Source of the DNA: Chitinophaga pinensis
GTDB lineage: Bacteria; Cyanobacteriota; Cyanobacteriia; PCC-6307; Cyanobiaceae
Direction of reading: 5' to 3'
Assembly (NCBI GenBank): GCA_943371245.1
Contig: CALRTY020000007.1
Coordinates: 46,977-110,976 of the forward strand
DNA: 64,000 bases
Positions 1-10,860 of this stretch are shown piece after piece; the first letter of the stretch is position 1; every line of letters begins with the position of its first letter. Made by a program: the position numbers and the translations under genes. The notes beneath the pieces were generated by a model. It was not told the origin of the DNA. It made no database searches and saw nothing but the letters and a program-made list of their open reading frames with translations.

Positions 1-35
1 AGCGAGGGGGGCCAGGCGCTGAACTACGAGATGAG

Positions 36-863
36 TTGAGGCGTGAAAACCATGACTCGATTTACGCTCATCCACCAGAAAACGAACTGCCAGAGGACTT
101 ATTAACCCCAGGCCTCAACCTAGGCAGCTTAGATAGAGCAGGCAACCCAGGCAGCTTAGGCAACCCAGCCATTTTAGCCGCGAGCGAGGCGGCAACTCCA
201 GAGAATCAGATAATTGCATCAACGATCACTACGGAAGATCGCCTGCAACAGATTGCCGACATGGCAGCCAGACTCTCCAAAAATACCGCGCCTGAAATAG
301 GTGATGAGTTAATAAAAATCACTCGGACTGGCTTTCGGCACCCGGAACTACATCGCCTACAAGGGCTTACAGCACTGCACCTGCAAGACAACAGCACCGC
401 CATGGAACACTTTCGAGAGGCCCTGGCCATGGATCCAATGCATTACAGCAGCCTAGTAAATCTGGGCGGACTGCTACTACCAGTAGGCCAATACGAAGAA
501 GCCATCACCCTCCTGAACAGGGCACTACAAAGCGTCGATCCAGAAAGCCCAGATGCACTGCCCGCCCTGGCAAATCTATCCCTAGCCCATCAAGCGACGG
601 GCAGAAAGATGGACGAAGCGCTGCTATTACTGCGCATTCATCGCCTAAAAGCTGGATACATAAGAAATGAAAGGCTACTAACGGCCGCCACCACCATGGA
701 GCAAATGGGCGAGGACACATCAGCCATTGAAATACTAACCTGGCTAAGCGAACAAGAGCCAAGCAACGAAATCCTCAGGCCCCTGGCGTCATTACTAGAG
801 CGCCGCGGCCAGTACAAAGAGGCCGCAATGATCTATCGACAACTTCTGCAGGGGCCCAAATAA
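36..863 (+). CDS. TPR-repeat protein (frame open to the left window edge, so the 5' end may be missing)
   Basis: ORF track 275 aa. Tandem ~34-aa helical repeats, e.g. ALHLQDNSTAMEHFREALAMDPMHYSSLVNLGGLL / PVGQYEEAITLLNRALQ. Track start is TTG and there is no in-frame stop upstream. Confidence 0.55.
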   Translation: MRRENHDSIYAHPPENELPEDLLTPGLNLGSLDRAGNPGSLGNPAILAASEAATPENQIIASTITTEDRLQQIADMAARLSKNTAPEIGDELIKITRTGFRHPELHRLQGLTALHLQDNSTAMEHFREALAMDPMHYSSLVNLGGLLLPVGQYEEAITLLNRALQSVDPESPDALPALANLSLAHQATGRKMDEALLLLRIHRLKAGYIRNERLLTAATTMEQMGEDTSAIEILTWLSEQEPSNEILRPLASLLERRGQYKEAAMIYRQLLQGPK

Positions 864-947
864 CACAGTACCCAGCTAATGTCACCAAAAAACGCCCAAC
901 GCTGCCGCCCAACCATGCCCAGTCACAGCGGAGCAAGGCTGAGGTAA

Positions 948-2165
948 TTGAGAGTTCTACTAATTCATCAGAACTTCCCTGGTCAGTTCCGACAGCTGGC
1001 ACCAGCCCTGATGGCCCAGGGCCATGAAGTGATCGGCCTCGGGGCAAGAGCAATCCCCTGGGCCGAGACTGGGGTGGCCTACCGCAGCTGTGGAGGCCAA
1101 CCCGATCAAGAGCAACGACAGACCTTGCCGGAAAGGCAGCTGATGGCCCAGTTGAGCCAAGGTCGTCGCGTTAAGCAGCAACTGCAGCAACTGGCCCGTG
1201 AAGGATGGCGACCAGATGTGATACTGGCCCACCCATTCTGGGGAGAAGTGCTTTTCCTCAATGATGTCTTTCCAGAGGTTCCGCTGATTGCTTTATTGGA
1301 GATTGATCTGCAGGGTTTAGATCTCGCTGGTTTTGATCCAGAACTTGCCAAGCTTTGCGGCCAAGACCTTGGCGCCAATCTGGGCTTGCGCCAATGGGCT
1401 GATCTTCAGGCAGTTCGACGCATGGCCATGGGCATGACGGCCACAACCTTTCAACGCAGCACATTCCCGAAATGGCTGCAGAATCGCATTGCCGTGATTC
1501 ATGAAGGGGTGGATGTACAAAAGTGTCGACCAGAGCCCCTGGCCATTTTTAGCGTCAATGGTCAGCGGTTCCAACGCGGCGATGCGGTGATCAGCTTTGG
1601 CAGCCGCAGCCTTGAACCGATGCGCGGCCTCACCAGCTTCCTGAGGGCATTGCCTGAGCTACAGCGCCAGCGAGCCGATCTACAGGTGGTAGTTGTGGGC
1701 CAGGACGGCCCCAGCTATGGCCCGCCGCCGCCGAATGGAGGCAGCTGGCGACAGCATCTGCTGCAGGAACTCGCTGGGGAGCTGGATTTAACCAGGGTCC
1801 ATTTTACTGGCCATCTCCCCCCCGCCGAGCTGATAAAGTTATTTCAGATAACCGCCGCACATGTTTACCTAACTGCTCCCTATGTTCTGAGCTGGAGCAT
1901 GCTCGAAGCCATGGCCTGCGGCGCTGTTGTAGTGGGCTCAGCCACGGCTCCCGTGGAAGAAATGATTAGTCACGGGGAAAATGGCTGGCTGGTTCCCTTT
2001 TTTGATCACGAAGAGCTCGCCCAAACACTGCTAGCGGTGCTAGAAAATCCAGCCGGTCAGGATCGACTGCGCCAGTCGGCACGGCGAAGCATCCTCAGCT
2101 CCTACACTCAGGAACAGTGCACAGCCCAGCAAATTGCCCTGATCAATCGAGTTGTATATTCATGA
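948..2165 (+). CDS. glycosyltransferase, GT-B fold (family 4-like)
   Basis: N-terminus MRVLLIHQNFPGQF. C-terminal SWSMLEAMACGAVVVGS...GENGWLV resembles the GT4 E-x7-E region. Confidence 0.8.
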   Translation: MRVLLIHQNFPGQFRQLAPALMAQGHEVIGLGARAIPWAETGVAYRSCGGQPDQEQRQTLPERQLMAQLSQGRRVKQQLQQLAREGWRPDVILAHPFWGEVLFLNDVFPEVPLIALLEIDLQGLDLAGFDPELAKLCGQDLGANLGLRQWADLQAVRRMAMGMTATTFQRSTFPKWLQNRIAVIHEGVDVQKCRPEPLAIFSVNGQRFQRGDAVISFGSRSLEPMRGLTSFLRALPELQRQRADLQVVVVGQDGPSYGPPPPNGGSWRQHLLQELAGELDLTRVHFTGHLPPAELIKLFQITAAHVYLTAPYVLSWSMLEAMACGAVVVGSATAPVEEMISHGENGWLVPFFDHEELAQTLLAVLENPAGQDRLRQSARRSILSSYTQEQCTAQQIALINRVVYS

Positions 2166-2815
2166 ATTCACAGGGATGGTGGGAGTTCGCCAAGGAGTCA
2201 TTCCAAGCTGAACAATGGCAGCTGGCCGAGGGTGCATTGCGACGGCTACTCGAATTACACCCGGCCAATCCAGAAATGCTGGATCTCCTAAGCCACACGC
2301 TTCTGATGCAGGGACGCTATGGCGAAGCTGAATCAGTTCTGATACTAGCTCTACAACAAGAAACCAACAACTTCTGGACACCCCACAAACTTGGAGACGC
2401 CCTGCGCGGTCAGCATCGCTTACCAGAAGCGGCAGAGGCCTATGAACAATCCCTTAACTGGGGCAGCAGCAGCCCCTTAACACCACGCAATCTCCTGCAG
2501 GTACTCGATCAACTTGATGTCAGTAAAGCGATCGATAAATTAGATCACTGGCACGGGCAAACAGAATTTTATCAATGGAAGGAGCCCCAACCCTGGCAAA
2601 CTGGTGCCTGCGACGCTGCCCTGCTGAGTGCTGGTCCGGAATTAGCCAACTGGCTGATTAATCATGGCTGCGATCATCCTGAGATACGCCAAATGGCAAT
2701 CAGGGAAGCTGCGGCAAATCTAAACATCGAAATCACCTTTAGCTTGGCGGAAGACACCCTAAAGGAACGCCTAGGCAAGTTGCTCCAATTGCCGCAGCTG
2801 ATGGTGCCTGGGTAG
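2162..2815 (+). CDS. TPR-like repeat protein
   Basis: ATG at 2162 overlaps the upstream stop (ATGA), suggesting coupling. Helical repeats such as AEGALRRLLELHPANPEMLDLLSHTLLMQGRYGEAESVL. Confidence 0.5.
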   Translation: MNSQGWWEFAKESFQAEQWQLAEGALRRLLELHPANPEMLDLLSHTLLMQGRYGEAESVLILALQQETNNFWTPHKLGDALRGQHRLPEAAEAYEQSLNWGSSSPLTPRNLLQVLDQLDVSKAIDKLDHWHGQTEFYQWKEPQPWQTGACDAALLSAGPELANWLINHGCDHPEIRQMAIREAAANLNIEITFSLAEDTLKERLGKLLQLPQLMVPG

Positions 2816-4027
2816 GGCGGCCAGGAGCTCGGCGCGCCCTGCCCTCAATAGCAGGCAGCCAAGCCGCTGGCTGACGATGCCCGCCAGACGCTGGGCAGCC
2901 AGCCGCTCTTGGACGGCCTTACGACCGGCCAAAGCCAGGCCTTGGCGGTAAGCGCGATCGGAGGCCAAGCGACGCAGGGCTGCTGCGGCAGCATCCAGGT
3001 CAGGATCAGCCCAAAGCCTACCGGCTCGATAATCGCCCTCGGCATGGGAAATTGGCACCAACTTAAAAGCAATCAATTCGGCACTTCCCAAGGGCATAAA
3101 ATCAAGATTACCGGAATAACCCGTGGCGATCACAGGTATCTCTGCAGCCATGGCTTCGGCCAAACCCAGGCCAAAACCCTCGGCCCTATGCAAGCTGATC
3201 AGCACATCAGCAGCCGCATAAAGATCGTCGACACCCTCTATGCTGAGGGACTCGGTAATCAAGCTAACACGCTGATCTACCGCACAACATCGACGCAATT
3301 CCTCAGTCGCTTCCGGAAAACACTTGGCGCTTGCCACCTTGAGCAGCAAGCGAGCGTCCGAGAGAGATGAATGCCCTGTGGTTTTAACTGGAAAAGCTCG
3401 CTGAAATGCCTCAATTACACCGTAAGGATTCTTGCGCCCCACAGTGCTCCACAAGTCGAAGGCGAACAGACAGGTAAAGCTTGAGCAGGGTCGCTTAGCT
3501 TGATTACGCCTAGCCCTGATCCGGTTGGCCCGGGACCAATCTGGCAGGTGGGGAAGTGGTGTGACAGGCACAGGACTGCGCAAGCCCAAACTGGTGGCCG
3601 TGAAACTAGATGGACACCAAAGTTGATCAAGCCCCACAAATCCAGGCTCCCAGCCATGGGGGAAAGCCTCCAGTTCCCAAGCCCAGTAACCAATGCGCAG
3701 TGGAGCGGTCAGTTCAATGGTATTTCTCAAACCATTGGTCTGAAACAAGATATTGGGATTGGTATGGATCAGATCAATTGCAGCTGGCTGGAAGTCGCTA
3801 GGCTCATCGCCCACCGAGATTGTTCTCTCAATCTCGGTGTCATTGGCATGGGTTGCCAGGGGCAGATCACGGCATTGGACCCTCACACCGGCAGCGGCTA
3901 GTGCACGGGCGGTGGCGCGGGCACCCTCACCGAGTCCAAAGCTGCCAGTGAGATGGCCCCATAGATTCACACATAGCCGGGGCATGTGATCCAGGAGAAT
4001 CAAAAAAACAATACACCTGGCGATCAT
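2771..4027 (-). CDS. glycosyltransferase family 4-like
   Basis: RAEGFGLGLAEAMAAEIPVIATGYSGNLDFM motif. An alternative ATG start at 3985 (MPRLCVNLWGH...) is at least as likely. Confidence 0.75.
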   Translation of the reverse strand: MIARCIVFLILLDHMPRLCVNLWGHLTGSFGLGEGARATARALAAAGVRVQCRDLPLATHANDTEIERTISVGDEPSDFQPAAIDLIHTNPNILFQTNGLRNTIELTAPLRIGYWAWELEAFPHGWEPGFVGLDQLWCPSSFTATSLGLRSPVPVTPLPHLPDWSRANRIRARRNQAKRPCSSFTCLFAFDLWSTVGRKNPYGVIEAFQRAFPVKTTGHSSLSDARLLLKVASAKCFPEATEELRRCCAVDQRVSLITESLSIEGVDDLYAAADVLISLHRAEGFGLGLAEAMAAEIPVIATGYSGNLDFMPLGSAELIAFKLVPISHAEGDYRAGRLWADPDLDAAAAALRRLASDRAYRQGLALAGRKAVQERLAAQRLAGIVSQRLGCLLLRAGRAELLAALPRHHQLRQLEQLA

Positions 4028-4032
4028 TATAC

Positions 4033-5925
4033 CTATCGATAATCATCGAACTCCAGGGGCCTGCCATCTGGCCATTTAAGCGAGCAGGCCTCTGGCCACC
4101 AAGGCCCGGAGTTGGTGAGGCGCAAGGGCCAACGCTCTTTCATCAGCTCCAGGGCAGCAGCGGCCGTGGTGCTGTCAGTGGCATTGCGACTCTGACTCTC
4201 CCGATGCAAAAGCACCGCCTCCGGCACGACCAGATGGCGAAATCCCTGCTCAGCCAAGCGCAGGCAAAAATCAACATCATTAAATTCCACGGGCAATTTC
4301 TCATCAAAACCAGCCACCAGCTCGAACAGCTCACGTCTCACCATCATGCAAGCACCGGTCACCGCCCCCCAATTAGTTAAATAACGGCTGCGGCCGCGAT
4401 GAACGCTATGCTCAGGCGAAAGATGTCGATAAGCATGGCCTGCACTGCCGTACATGCCCAAGACCATACCGGCATGCTGCAGGGTGCCATCGGGATAGAC
4501 CAGCAAAGCACCCACACAGCCAATAGCTGAGCGCAGACATTGAGCGGCCATAGCATCAAACCAGCCCGGGGCGGTGGCCGCCACATCATTGTTAATAAAC
4601 AGCAGTAACTCACTGCGCGTCAGCATCGCGGCAGCATTATTCATCCTACTCCAGTTAAAAGGCCGTTGATCCCGCAGCACGATTAAACGATCGCCAAGCC
4701 GCTGGCGCCAACCAAGCAAAAGCGCAGCTGTTTCCGGCTGCCGGGAATTGTTATCAACCACCACTATCCGCCGCAAGTTAGCAGTAGACTCCAAGCTATT
4801 CAGGCAGAGCTCTAATAGGTCAGCGCGGTCGCGCGTGGGAATGATCGCAGTGCAATCAGGCGTAGGGGGAACGGCCCAGCTGAGGCGAAAGCCATGATCC
4901 AGGCAAGGCTGCACTGAAACAATCGGCTCATCCTGGTCCTGCAGGTGGCGCAACAACTCCACTGCCCGCCGCTGATCGAGCTTGGCATCGGGCAACTGGA
5001 TCCTGGTGTGAGTAAGCAAGCGAGCCAGATGGCCCCCAGCGGGTTGGAGAGCCAAAGCGGCCAAAATCCAGCGCCAGCGACCAATGGGATCGTCAGGTGG
5101 CAGAGGCAATCCCTTACTACAAAGCCAGGGCACCTGCCAGACACTGAAATGTTCGAGCCAGGGGGTACTCCAAAAACTCTCAGAGCTCCAGCCTGGCTTG
5201 AACCAGGGCCGGCAGCGTTGGCCGCTGGCATCCAGCTGATCCTCATCTGCATAAATCAGCTCGGGCAAATCCCGGGGCCCAAACAGATCCAACCATTCCT
5301 CCAAAGCTCGCACAGCCCCCAATCTGAGCCCGGTACCTGCGCCAATTAGCAACAGCCAACCATCGACAGGATAGGGGGTTAAATTGTCAGGTTGATTATG
5401 ACTATGAGCAGCATCTTCATTGATCAAAGTTAGTGGAGAGCCAGGTTTCAACAACCACCAGCGATAACGAAGCGGCGTGCTGGACTGCGCTGGCAAAGCC
5501 GGCTCATGGTTAGCAATCCAATACTGATAACCGACATCCCCTAAACCTTTCTGCAGAGATTCTCCGCCAAGCAGAAGCTGCGACTTCACATCTCCCGCCA
5601 GGTCAACAATCCACTTCTCCTGGGGCAAGGCCTGGGTGGCCATATGAAAACAGTTCAAAGCAGATTGCAGGCGACCAGCATCCCGTAGCAATTCGGCTGC
5701 AGCAAACCAATTCCATCCCAGTTGTGAATGTAATTTACAACTCTTAATTTGATGTTCAAGGGCCTTATCGAGGTCCTTGCGATCGGCCAAGAGCTTGCCC
5801 AGCAGATGGTGGGCAGTACCGTGCTCGGGCTGAAGTGCCAAAAATTGCCGCAGCAGCTCTTCTGCCTCCAGAGCTCTTCCCTGGGCAAGCGCCAACTTGG
5901 CTGAGTGGTAAAGCTCGTTAATCAC
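4033..5925 (-). CDS. TPR domain + family 2 glycosyltransferase fusion
   Basis: N-terminal TPR helices (ALEAEELLRQFLALQPEHGTAHHLLGKLL). GT-A core IIPTRDRADLLELCLNSL...VVVDNNS...FINNDV...NDVDFCLR. Confidence 0.75.
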   Translation of the reverse strand: MINELYHSAKLALAQGRALEAEELLRQFLALQPEHGTAHHLLGKLLADRKDLDKALEHQIKSCKLHSQLGWNWFAAAELLRDAGRLQSALNCFHMATQALPQEKWIVDLAGDVKSQLLLGGESLQKGLGDVGYQYWIANHEPALPAQSSTPLRYRWWLLKPGSPLTLINEDAAHSHNQPDNLTPYPVDGWLLLIGAGTGLRLGAVRALEEWLDLFGPRDLPELIYADEDQLDASGQRCRPWFKPGWSSESFWSTPWLEHFSVWQVPWLCSKGLPLPPDDPIGRWRWILAALALQPAGGHLARLLTHTRIQLPDAKLDQRRAVELLRHLQDQDEPIVSVQPCLDHGFRLSWAVPPTPDCTAIIPTRDRADLLELCLNSLESTANLRRIVVVDNNSRQPETAALLLGWRQRLGDRLIVLRDQRPFNWSRMNNAAAMLTRSELLLFINNDVAATAPGWFDAMAAQCLRSAIGCVGALLVYPDGTLQHAGMVLGMYGSAGHAYRHLSPEHSVHRGRSRYLTNWGAVTGACMMVRRELFELVAGFDEKLPVEFNDVDFCLRLAEQGFRHLVVPEAVLLHRESQSRNATDSTTAAAALELMKERWPLRLTNSGPWWPEACSLKWPDGRPLEFDDYR

Positions 5926-6359
5926 ATCAATTCAAAGCCAAGAATCGTCCAGGGGCCATAAACTATAGGTCCTAGCCCCTGAATCGGCAAGCCGGCTAAG
6001 CCTGCCGATAACAGCGAGGAAATTCAAGAGCCACATAAGCATGGAAGCAACTGAAACCACAAACACAATCAATCAACAGCCAAGAGCAACCTTAGGGAGA
6101 TCCTGGGAAAGCGCGATTTGAGCAGCCCCACCAGCTGAGCAGCTATGGAACAGCGGGGCTTTAAGGGTCTTGGCTCGACAGCTTTAGAGCTTCTCCAGGG
6201 TAATTAGCGATTCAAAAAGACGAGATAAGCCGTAAAAAGCCATTATGGCCACCTCAAAAAATTACCCATCCAGTCCTGGTCGGCCAGAGAAAAACCCAAA
6301 TTCAGCCATGCTTTCAACTCACGGGAGCCGCGAAATCTAGATTTTTGGAGTGCCATTCA

Positions 6360-6782
6360 TTACCACCAAACCTGCTCGGGGAAATTGCGCGGTCTCGAAA
6401 TAAACCCAGCCAAGGCAAGCCAGTGGCGCAGCAAGATATGCAGACCTCCGGGCACATACACATCACCGGCATTCATGAACACAATCGCCTCCCCTAACAC
6501 GGCCTTGAGGGACTGATTCATGGCGTGGTACACCCCCCTTGGCGGCAGCAACAGGCGCCGCCGTCGCCAGCCAGGGGGCTGCTGCCAAGCCTCAAACATT
6601 TGCGCAGCAGTTCCATTGCTAGAGCCATCCACCAGCAATAGCTCAATATCGATAACCTCAGACCAGCCCATGGCCAAGTGCCAGGGGCCCGCTTGCAGCA
6701 GCGCAGCCAGGGTGTCGGAGAGCTGATCGGGATTATCTCGGCAGAGTACCACCACACTCAACAGAGGTTTAGGGTTAGCCAT
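6360..6782 (-). CDS. family 2 glycosyltransferase, N-terminal domain only (probably truncated)
   Basis: LSVVVLCRDNPDQLSDTLAALL...LLLVDGSS...VFMNAGDV is a GT2 N-terminal half. Only 140 aa, followed by ~430 bp with no credible ORF. Confidence 0.45.
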   Translation of the reverse strand: MANPKPLLSVVVLCRDNPDQLSDTLAALLQAGPWHLAMGWSEVIDIELLLVDGSSNGTAAQMFEAWQQPPGWRRRRLLLPPRGVYHAMNQSLKAVLGEAIVFMNAGDVYVPGGLHILLRHWLALAGFISRPRNFPEQVWW

Positions 6783-7698
6783 CTAGCGACATCGGCAGGA
6801 ACTGTTCACAGCGACGCCAAATTCTCAGGGACAACTTCGGTGCGTACAACCGCTCAAACAACTGGCGATCTGCTAATATATCATCAAACTTTGACGACGG
6901 GTGACGCAGGGGCCAGCTCAGGGTTGCTGGATGTGGCAGGGGTGAGCGCCCCCTCTGGCAGTGGGTGGCAAGAGTAGAACCAAAGCCCAAATTACGCACC
7001 AAATTCACCTGGGGAACTGCGGCGCAAAGCCCCTGCTGCCAGCAACTCAAAAACCAGTCATAATCCCAAGTATCGCAATCACCAGACAAAATTGAATCCA
7101 ATAGTGGAGCCATTCTCCTTTGCAAGCGTTGACCACCCCAGTCAGCCAGGGCATTGGAGCCCCGCCAAAGCAACCAACCGCTCAAGTCAGGGCGATGGAG
7201 CTGCCAGGCCCGCCGCCAGCTGGCCCACCCCCAAACCGGCTGGAAGCGAGAGAGGCGGTAGCTAGGCAAACCCAAGCTTTCACTTCTGCGACCAACACTA
7301 CATCCAGAAATTGCCCCAACAGTTGCATCATGTCGATAAAAATTCAGCAATTCGCAACAAAATCGAAAAAAATCTTCCCCAGGGAGTATATCATCTTCAA
7401 GGATAATCCCCTCCGGCTCGGCAGCAAAAAACCAGTCAAGCGCAGCCAATACGCCAGCTCGACAGCCAAGATTACGCGACTGCACTAGCCAATTGACCCT
7501 GCAGGGCCAACTCAGCCCTTCCCTCAGCAGCCTGCGGGTGGCCGCCACTGCCTGGGCTTCCTGATCATTGCCCTCCCGAGCCGCGTCTATGGCCAGGTAG
7601 AGCCGCTTGGGCCGCTGTCGCGCTATCGCCTGCAACACCCTGCCTGCCAAGTCAGGCCGCCGAAAGGCGATCAGCAGAATGGGCACCTCTTGGCTCAC
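6775..7698 (-). CDS. nucleotide-diphospho-sugar transferase (GT-A fold, GNT-I-like)
   Basis: [19 protein letters not shown]...[12 protein letters not shown]...[10 protein letters not shown]...[11 protein letters not shown]. 8-nt overlap with the downstream ORF. Confidence 0.55.
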   Translation of the reverse strand: MSQEVPILLIAFRRPDLAGRVLQAIARQRPKRLYLAIDAAREGNDQEAQAVAATRRLLREGLSWPCRVNWLVQSRNLGCRAGVLAALDWFFAAEPEGIILEDDILPGEDFFRFCCELLNFYRHDATVGAISGCSVGRRSESLGLPSYRLSRFQPVWGWASWRRAWQLHRPDLSGWLLWRGSNALADWGGQRLQRRMAPLLDSILSGDCDTWDYDWFLSCWQQGLCAAVPQVNLVRNLGFGSTLATHCQRGRSPLPHPATLSWPLRHPSSKFDDILADRQLFERLYAPKLSLRIWRRCEQFLPMSLDG

Positions 7699-7721
7699 AT
7701 CAACCCGTCACCCTGCAGTCA

Positions 7722-9284
7722 ATGGCCAAGATCCTAGGGCTGGGCATTGGAGAGGGCCCTCCCCTACGGTTTAATCAAACATCTTCACAGCTCACCCCAC
7801 CCGTGACCCTGAGGCTGACCAACACCTTGACCCGTCGCACTGAGCTGTTTGAGCCTCTGGAACCAGGCAGGGTGAGCATCTACTGCTGCGGGGTTACGGT
7901 CTATGACCTCTGCCATCTGGGCCATGCACGCAGCTATATCGCCTGGGATGTGTTGCGCCGCCATCTGATCTGGAGTGGCTACCAGGTGAAATTTGTGCAG
8001 AACTACACAGATATTGACGACAAGATACTAGGCCGTGCCGCCCGGGATGGCACCAGCATGGAAGCCGTCAGCGAGCGCAATATCGAGGCCTTCGTGGCGG
8101 ACATGGCAAGGCTGAACATCCTGCCCCCTGACCGCATGCCCCGGGCCACCAGGAGCCTTGATGCCATTCGTCGCCTGATCCAGGAATTAGAGGCAAAGGG
8201 AGCGGCCTATTCCGCCGACGGCGACGTTTACTTTGCCGTGACAAAGCATGCTAACTACGGCAAATTATCAGGTAGAGATCTCGCCGCCCAGCAGGACAAT
8301 GCCTCCGGCCGGGTGACCGATGCAGAGGAGGCGCGCAAACGTCACCCCTTCGATTTCGCCCTGTGGAAGGGGGCCAAACCGGCTGAGCCCAGTTTCCCCT
8401 CCCCCTGGGGGCCCGGTCGTCCCGGATGGCATATCGAGTGTTCTGCAATGGTGCGAGAAGAGCTAGGTGAAACCATCGATATTCACCTGGGTGGCGCCGA
8501 CCTTATCTTCCCCCACCACGAAAACGAAATCGCCCAGTCAGAGGCTGCTTCCGGCAAGCCCCTGGCCCGCACCTGGCTACATAACGGCATGGTCAATGTG
8601 GGCGGCGAAAAAATGAGCAAATCCCTAGGCAACTTCACCACGATTCGCGCCCTGCTGGAAAGCGGCACATCGCCCATGACCCTGCGGCTATTTGTGCTGC
8701 AGGCCCACTACCGAAAACCGCTGGACTTCACCGTGCCTGCGCTGGAGGCCGCTGCCAGCGGCTGGCGGGGCTTGAACGCCGCCCTGGTGCTAGCCACTCA
8801 CGTGGTGGCTAACCACCCCGCTGGGGCAGCTGGCCTCAGCCCCCAGCTGAGCAGCGCCCGCAGCCGCTTCGCCGCCGCCCTAGACGACGACCTGAACACC
8901 TCTGCTGCCCTGGCCGTGCTGTTTGAGCTGGCCAGGCCACTGCGGTCCCTGGCCAACCGGATTGAAAGGGGGGATCAAGGGGCCGCCAGCCAGGCAGCCC
9001 AGCTGGAGCAGGCCGACCAAGCCCGCCTGCTAATGGAGCTGGCCGACGTGCTCGGGCTCAAAGCTGAGACCGCTACCCCTGCCGCCACCGGGGGAGAAGC
9101 ATCCACAACCGCCGCCAGCAGCGGCCCCAGCGATGCCCAGATCCAAGCCCTGGTGGGCCAGAGGCTGGCCGCCAAGCAAGCCAAAGATTTCAGCAGCGCC
9201 GATCGGATCCGGGCCGAACTGAAAAGCCAGGGCATTGAGCTCGTCGATCAGCCCGGTGGCACTACCGAGTGGCTGCGTCACTGA
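7722..9284 (+). CDS. cysS: cysteine--tRNA ligase
   Basis: Class I motifs HLGHARSY and KMSKSLGN. Possible later GTG start at 7803 ([12 protein letters not shown]). Confidence 0.95.
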   Translation: MAKILGLGIGEGPPLRFNQTSSQLTPPVTLRLTNTLTRRTELFEPLEPGRVSIYCCGVTVYDLCHLGHARSYIAWDVLRRHLIWSGYQVKFVQNYTDIDDKILGRAARDGTSMEAVSERNIEAFVADMARLNILPPDRMPRATRSLDAIRRLIQELEAKGAAYSADGDVYFAVTKHANYGKLSGRDLAAQQDNASGRVTDAEEARKRHPFDFALWKGAKPAEPSFPSPWGPGRPGWHIECSAMVREELGETIDIHLGGADLIFPHHENEIAQSEAASGKPLARTWLHNGMVNVGGEKMSKSLGNFTTIRALLESGTSPMTLRLFVLQAHYRKPLDFTVPALEAAASGWRGLNAALVLATHVVANHPAGAAGLSPQLSSARSRFAAALDDDLNTSAALAVLFELARPLRSLANRIERGDQGAASQAAQLEQADQARLLMELADVLGLKAETATPAATGGEASTTAASSGPSDAQIQALVGQRLAAKQAKDFSSADRIRAELKSQGIELVDQPGGTTEWLRH

Positions 9285-9423
9285 ATAACAGCAGCCCAAA
9301 TCAAGGGGCGAGGCAAGCTCCGATCAGCGATCAGCAGGCCAGGATCTGCCATTCGGTAAGGGCGGCCATTGGATGAAAGTGATTAGCCAGGGCCATGCAG
9401 TCATTCAGTCTTCAGCTAGATCT

Positions 9424-9768
9424 TCAAGCTTCGGGGCGCTGGCGATCGGCCATCATTGCCTCGATGCGACGAATTCGGAGCAGGGTGATCTCCCAGATTT
9501 CCAGCTGAAAAGCCCGTTCAGTCTCCCCTGCTGCCACCGCGCTGCGGCAGCCTGCCAACAGTGATTCCAGATCCTCACCCCGCTCGAAGCAATCCCAGAG
9601 CTGGCGCTCCAACCTGGCCCGTTCAATGAAGTTCCAGCGTTGAAACCAAGTGGCAAGGGGAAGCATCGACAGTTGAGCGGATATACCCAGCCTTGCAGGC
9701 CATCGCGCCAAAAAGCTCGAAACCTGCCAAACCGTATACCACCACTGACGACCAGGCACAGAAACCAC
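9424..9768 (-). CDS. hypothetical protein (start more likely ATG at 9666)
   Basis: ORF track only. The coding-like part is MLPLATWFQRWNFIERARLERQLWDCFERGEDLESLL... No family recognised. Confidence 0.35.
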   Translation of the reverse strand: MVSVPGRQWWYTVWQVSSFLARWPARLGISAQLSMLPLATWFQRWNFIERARLERQLWDCFERGEDLESLLAGCRSAVAAGETERAFQLEIWEITLLRIRRIEAMMADRQRPEA

Positions 9769-9850
9769 TTAACCGCCGCCGCACCGCCGACATTTAAAAT
9801 CACACTTTTTAGCAATTCAGCCCCAGCCAAAAGCCCGATCACACAATCAA

Positions 9851-9960
9851 TCTCCCTTATTCATATCACTATTCTCCCTTATTCATGTCACTATTCTCCC
9901 TTATTCATGTCAATACCCTCCCTTGGTCATATGCATATTCTCCTCTAATCATATCCATAT
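9851..9960. repeat. 5 x 22-bp degenerate tandem repeat (CTCCCTTATTCATrTCACTATT)
   Basis: Read directly. Units at 9851, 9873, 9895, 9917 and 9939 abut with no spacers. Confidence 0.9.
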
Positions 9961-10092
9961 TCTCGCCCGCGACGGGGCCCCAGCCAATCATCAGCGATGC
10001 GGATTGTATGCAAAACTGCTGATAGTCCCCACTGGATGCCATGCCACCCGAATAGACCCAGAATAGATGCCCTAATATGTGTGAAGCAATCA

Positions 10093-10155
10093 GAGGTGCA
10101 AACCGAGGTGCAAACCGAAGTGCAAACCGAGGTGCAAACTGAGGTGCAAACTGAG
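10093..10155. repeat. 5 x 12-bp tandem repeat (GAGGTGCAAACC)
   Basis: Read directly. Encodes (EVQT)5 in the track ORF 9997..10860. Confidence 0.9.
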
Positions 10156-10242
10156 AAGAGATCTGAGAAGCGACCCCAGGGGCAATCACAACGGCAATCG
10201 CAAAAGCAGCCACAAAAAAAATCACAGAAGCAATCAGAGTTA

Positions 10243-10860
10243 ATGGACTGCACCCTCTCACTGCCAGCAGAGGCTGCAGGATTAGTTATTGTGGTACCTG
10301 GCACAGAAGCAACCACCGGCAGCGTCCAAGATCTACTGCTCTCCAAACTGTTAGCGGAGGTGGGCATGGGCACCCTGTTGCTGCACCACATACTGGAACC
10401 CAGTAATCGCTCGTCTAAGCCCAACCACAACTGGTATGAAGGTAAAAGCACCAGTTACCATCTGATCGGCATGCTGGATTGGCTGGCCGCCCAGCCCTTT
10501 TTACGCGAGATTCCAATTGGCTTGCTGGGCAGCAAAGAAGGGGCCATAGCGGCCATGGAAGCTGCGGCGGCCAGACCTCAACACGTTAGGGCCGTGGTTT
10601 CCCAGGGAGGGAGGGTGGATCTGGCCTTTGATTCCCTGGCCTCAACGGTTAGTCCGGTGCTGATGGTAGTTGGCGACTTGGATGTGGACCTCTGCGAATT
10701 GAATGCCTGGGCAGCAAGTCACCTGCTGGCGCCCCACGCCACCGAGGTGATCCACGGGGCCGGGGCAGAATTTGTGGAACCCAGCGCCCTGGCCGAAGCC
10801 GCAAACCTTGCCAGGGATTGGTTTATGCGCTACCTCCCTCCCGTGGCAGCAGACGAATAA
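10243..10860 (+). CDS. dienelactone hydrolase-like alpha/beta hydrolase
   Basis: From ATG 10243: MDCTLSLPAEAAGLVIVVPG...PIGLLGSKEGAIAAMEAAA...VVSQGGRVDLA...VLMVVGDLD...EVIHGAGAEF. The upstream 82 codons of the track ORF are pure repeat sequence. Confidence 0.6.
   Translation: MDCTLSLPAEAAGLVIVVPGTEATTGSVQDLLLSKLLAEVGMGTLLLHHILEPSNRSSKPNHNWYEGKSTSYHLIGMLDWLAAQPFLREIPIGLLGSKEGAIAAMEAAAARPQHVRAVVSQGGRVDLAFDSLASTVSPVLMVVGDLDVDLCELNAWAASHLLAPHATEVIHGAGAEFVEPSALAEAANLARDWFMRYLPPVAADE

Noticed and set aside
9851-9960. Possible CRISPR array (regular 22-bp repeats); the same question applies to 51322-51600 and 56350-56560
   Set aside because: Units abut directly with no unique spacers, the repeats degenerate progressively, and no cas genes are present in the window.
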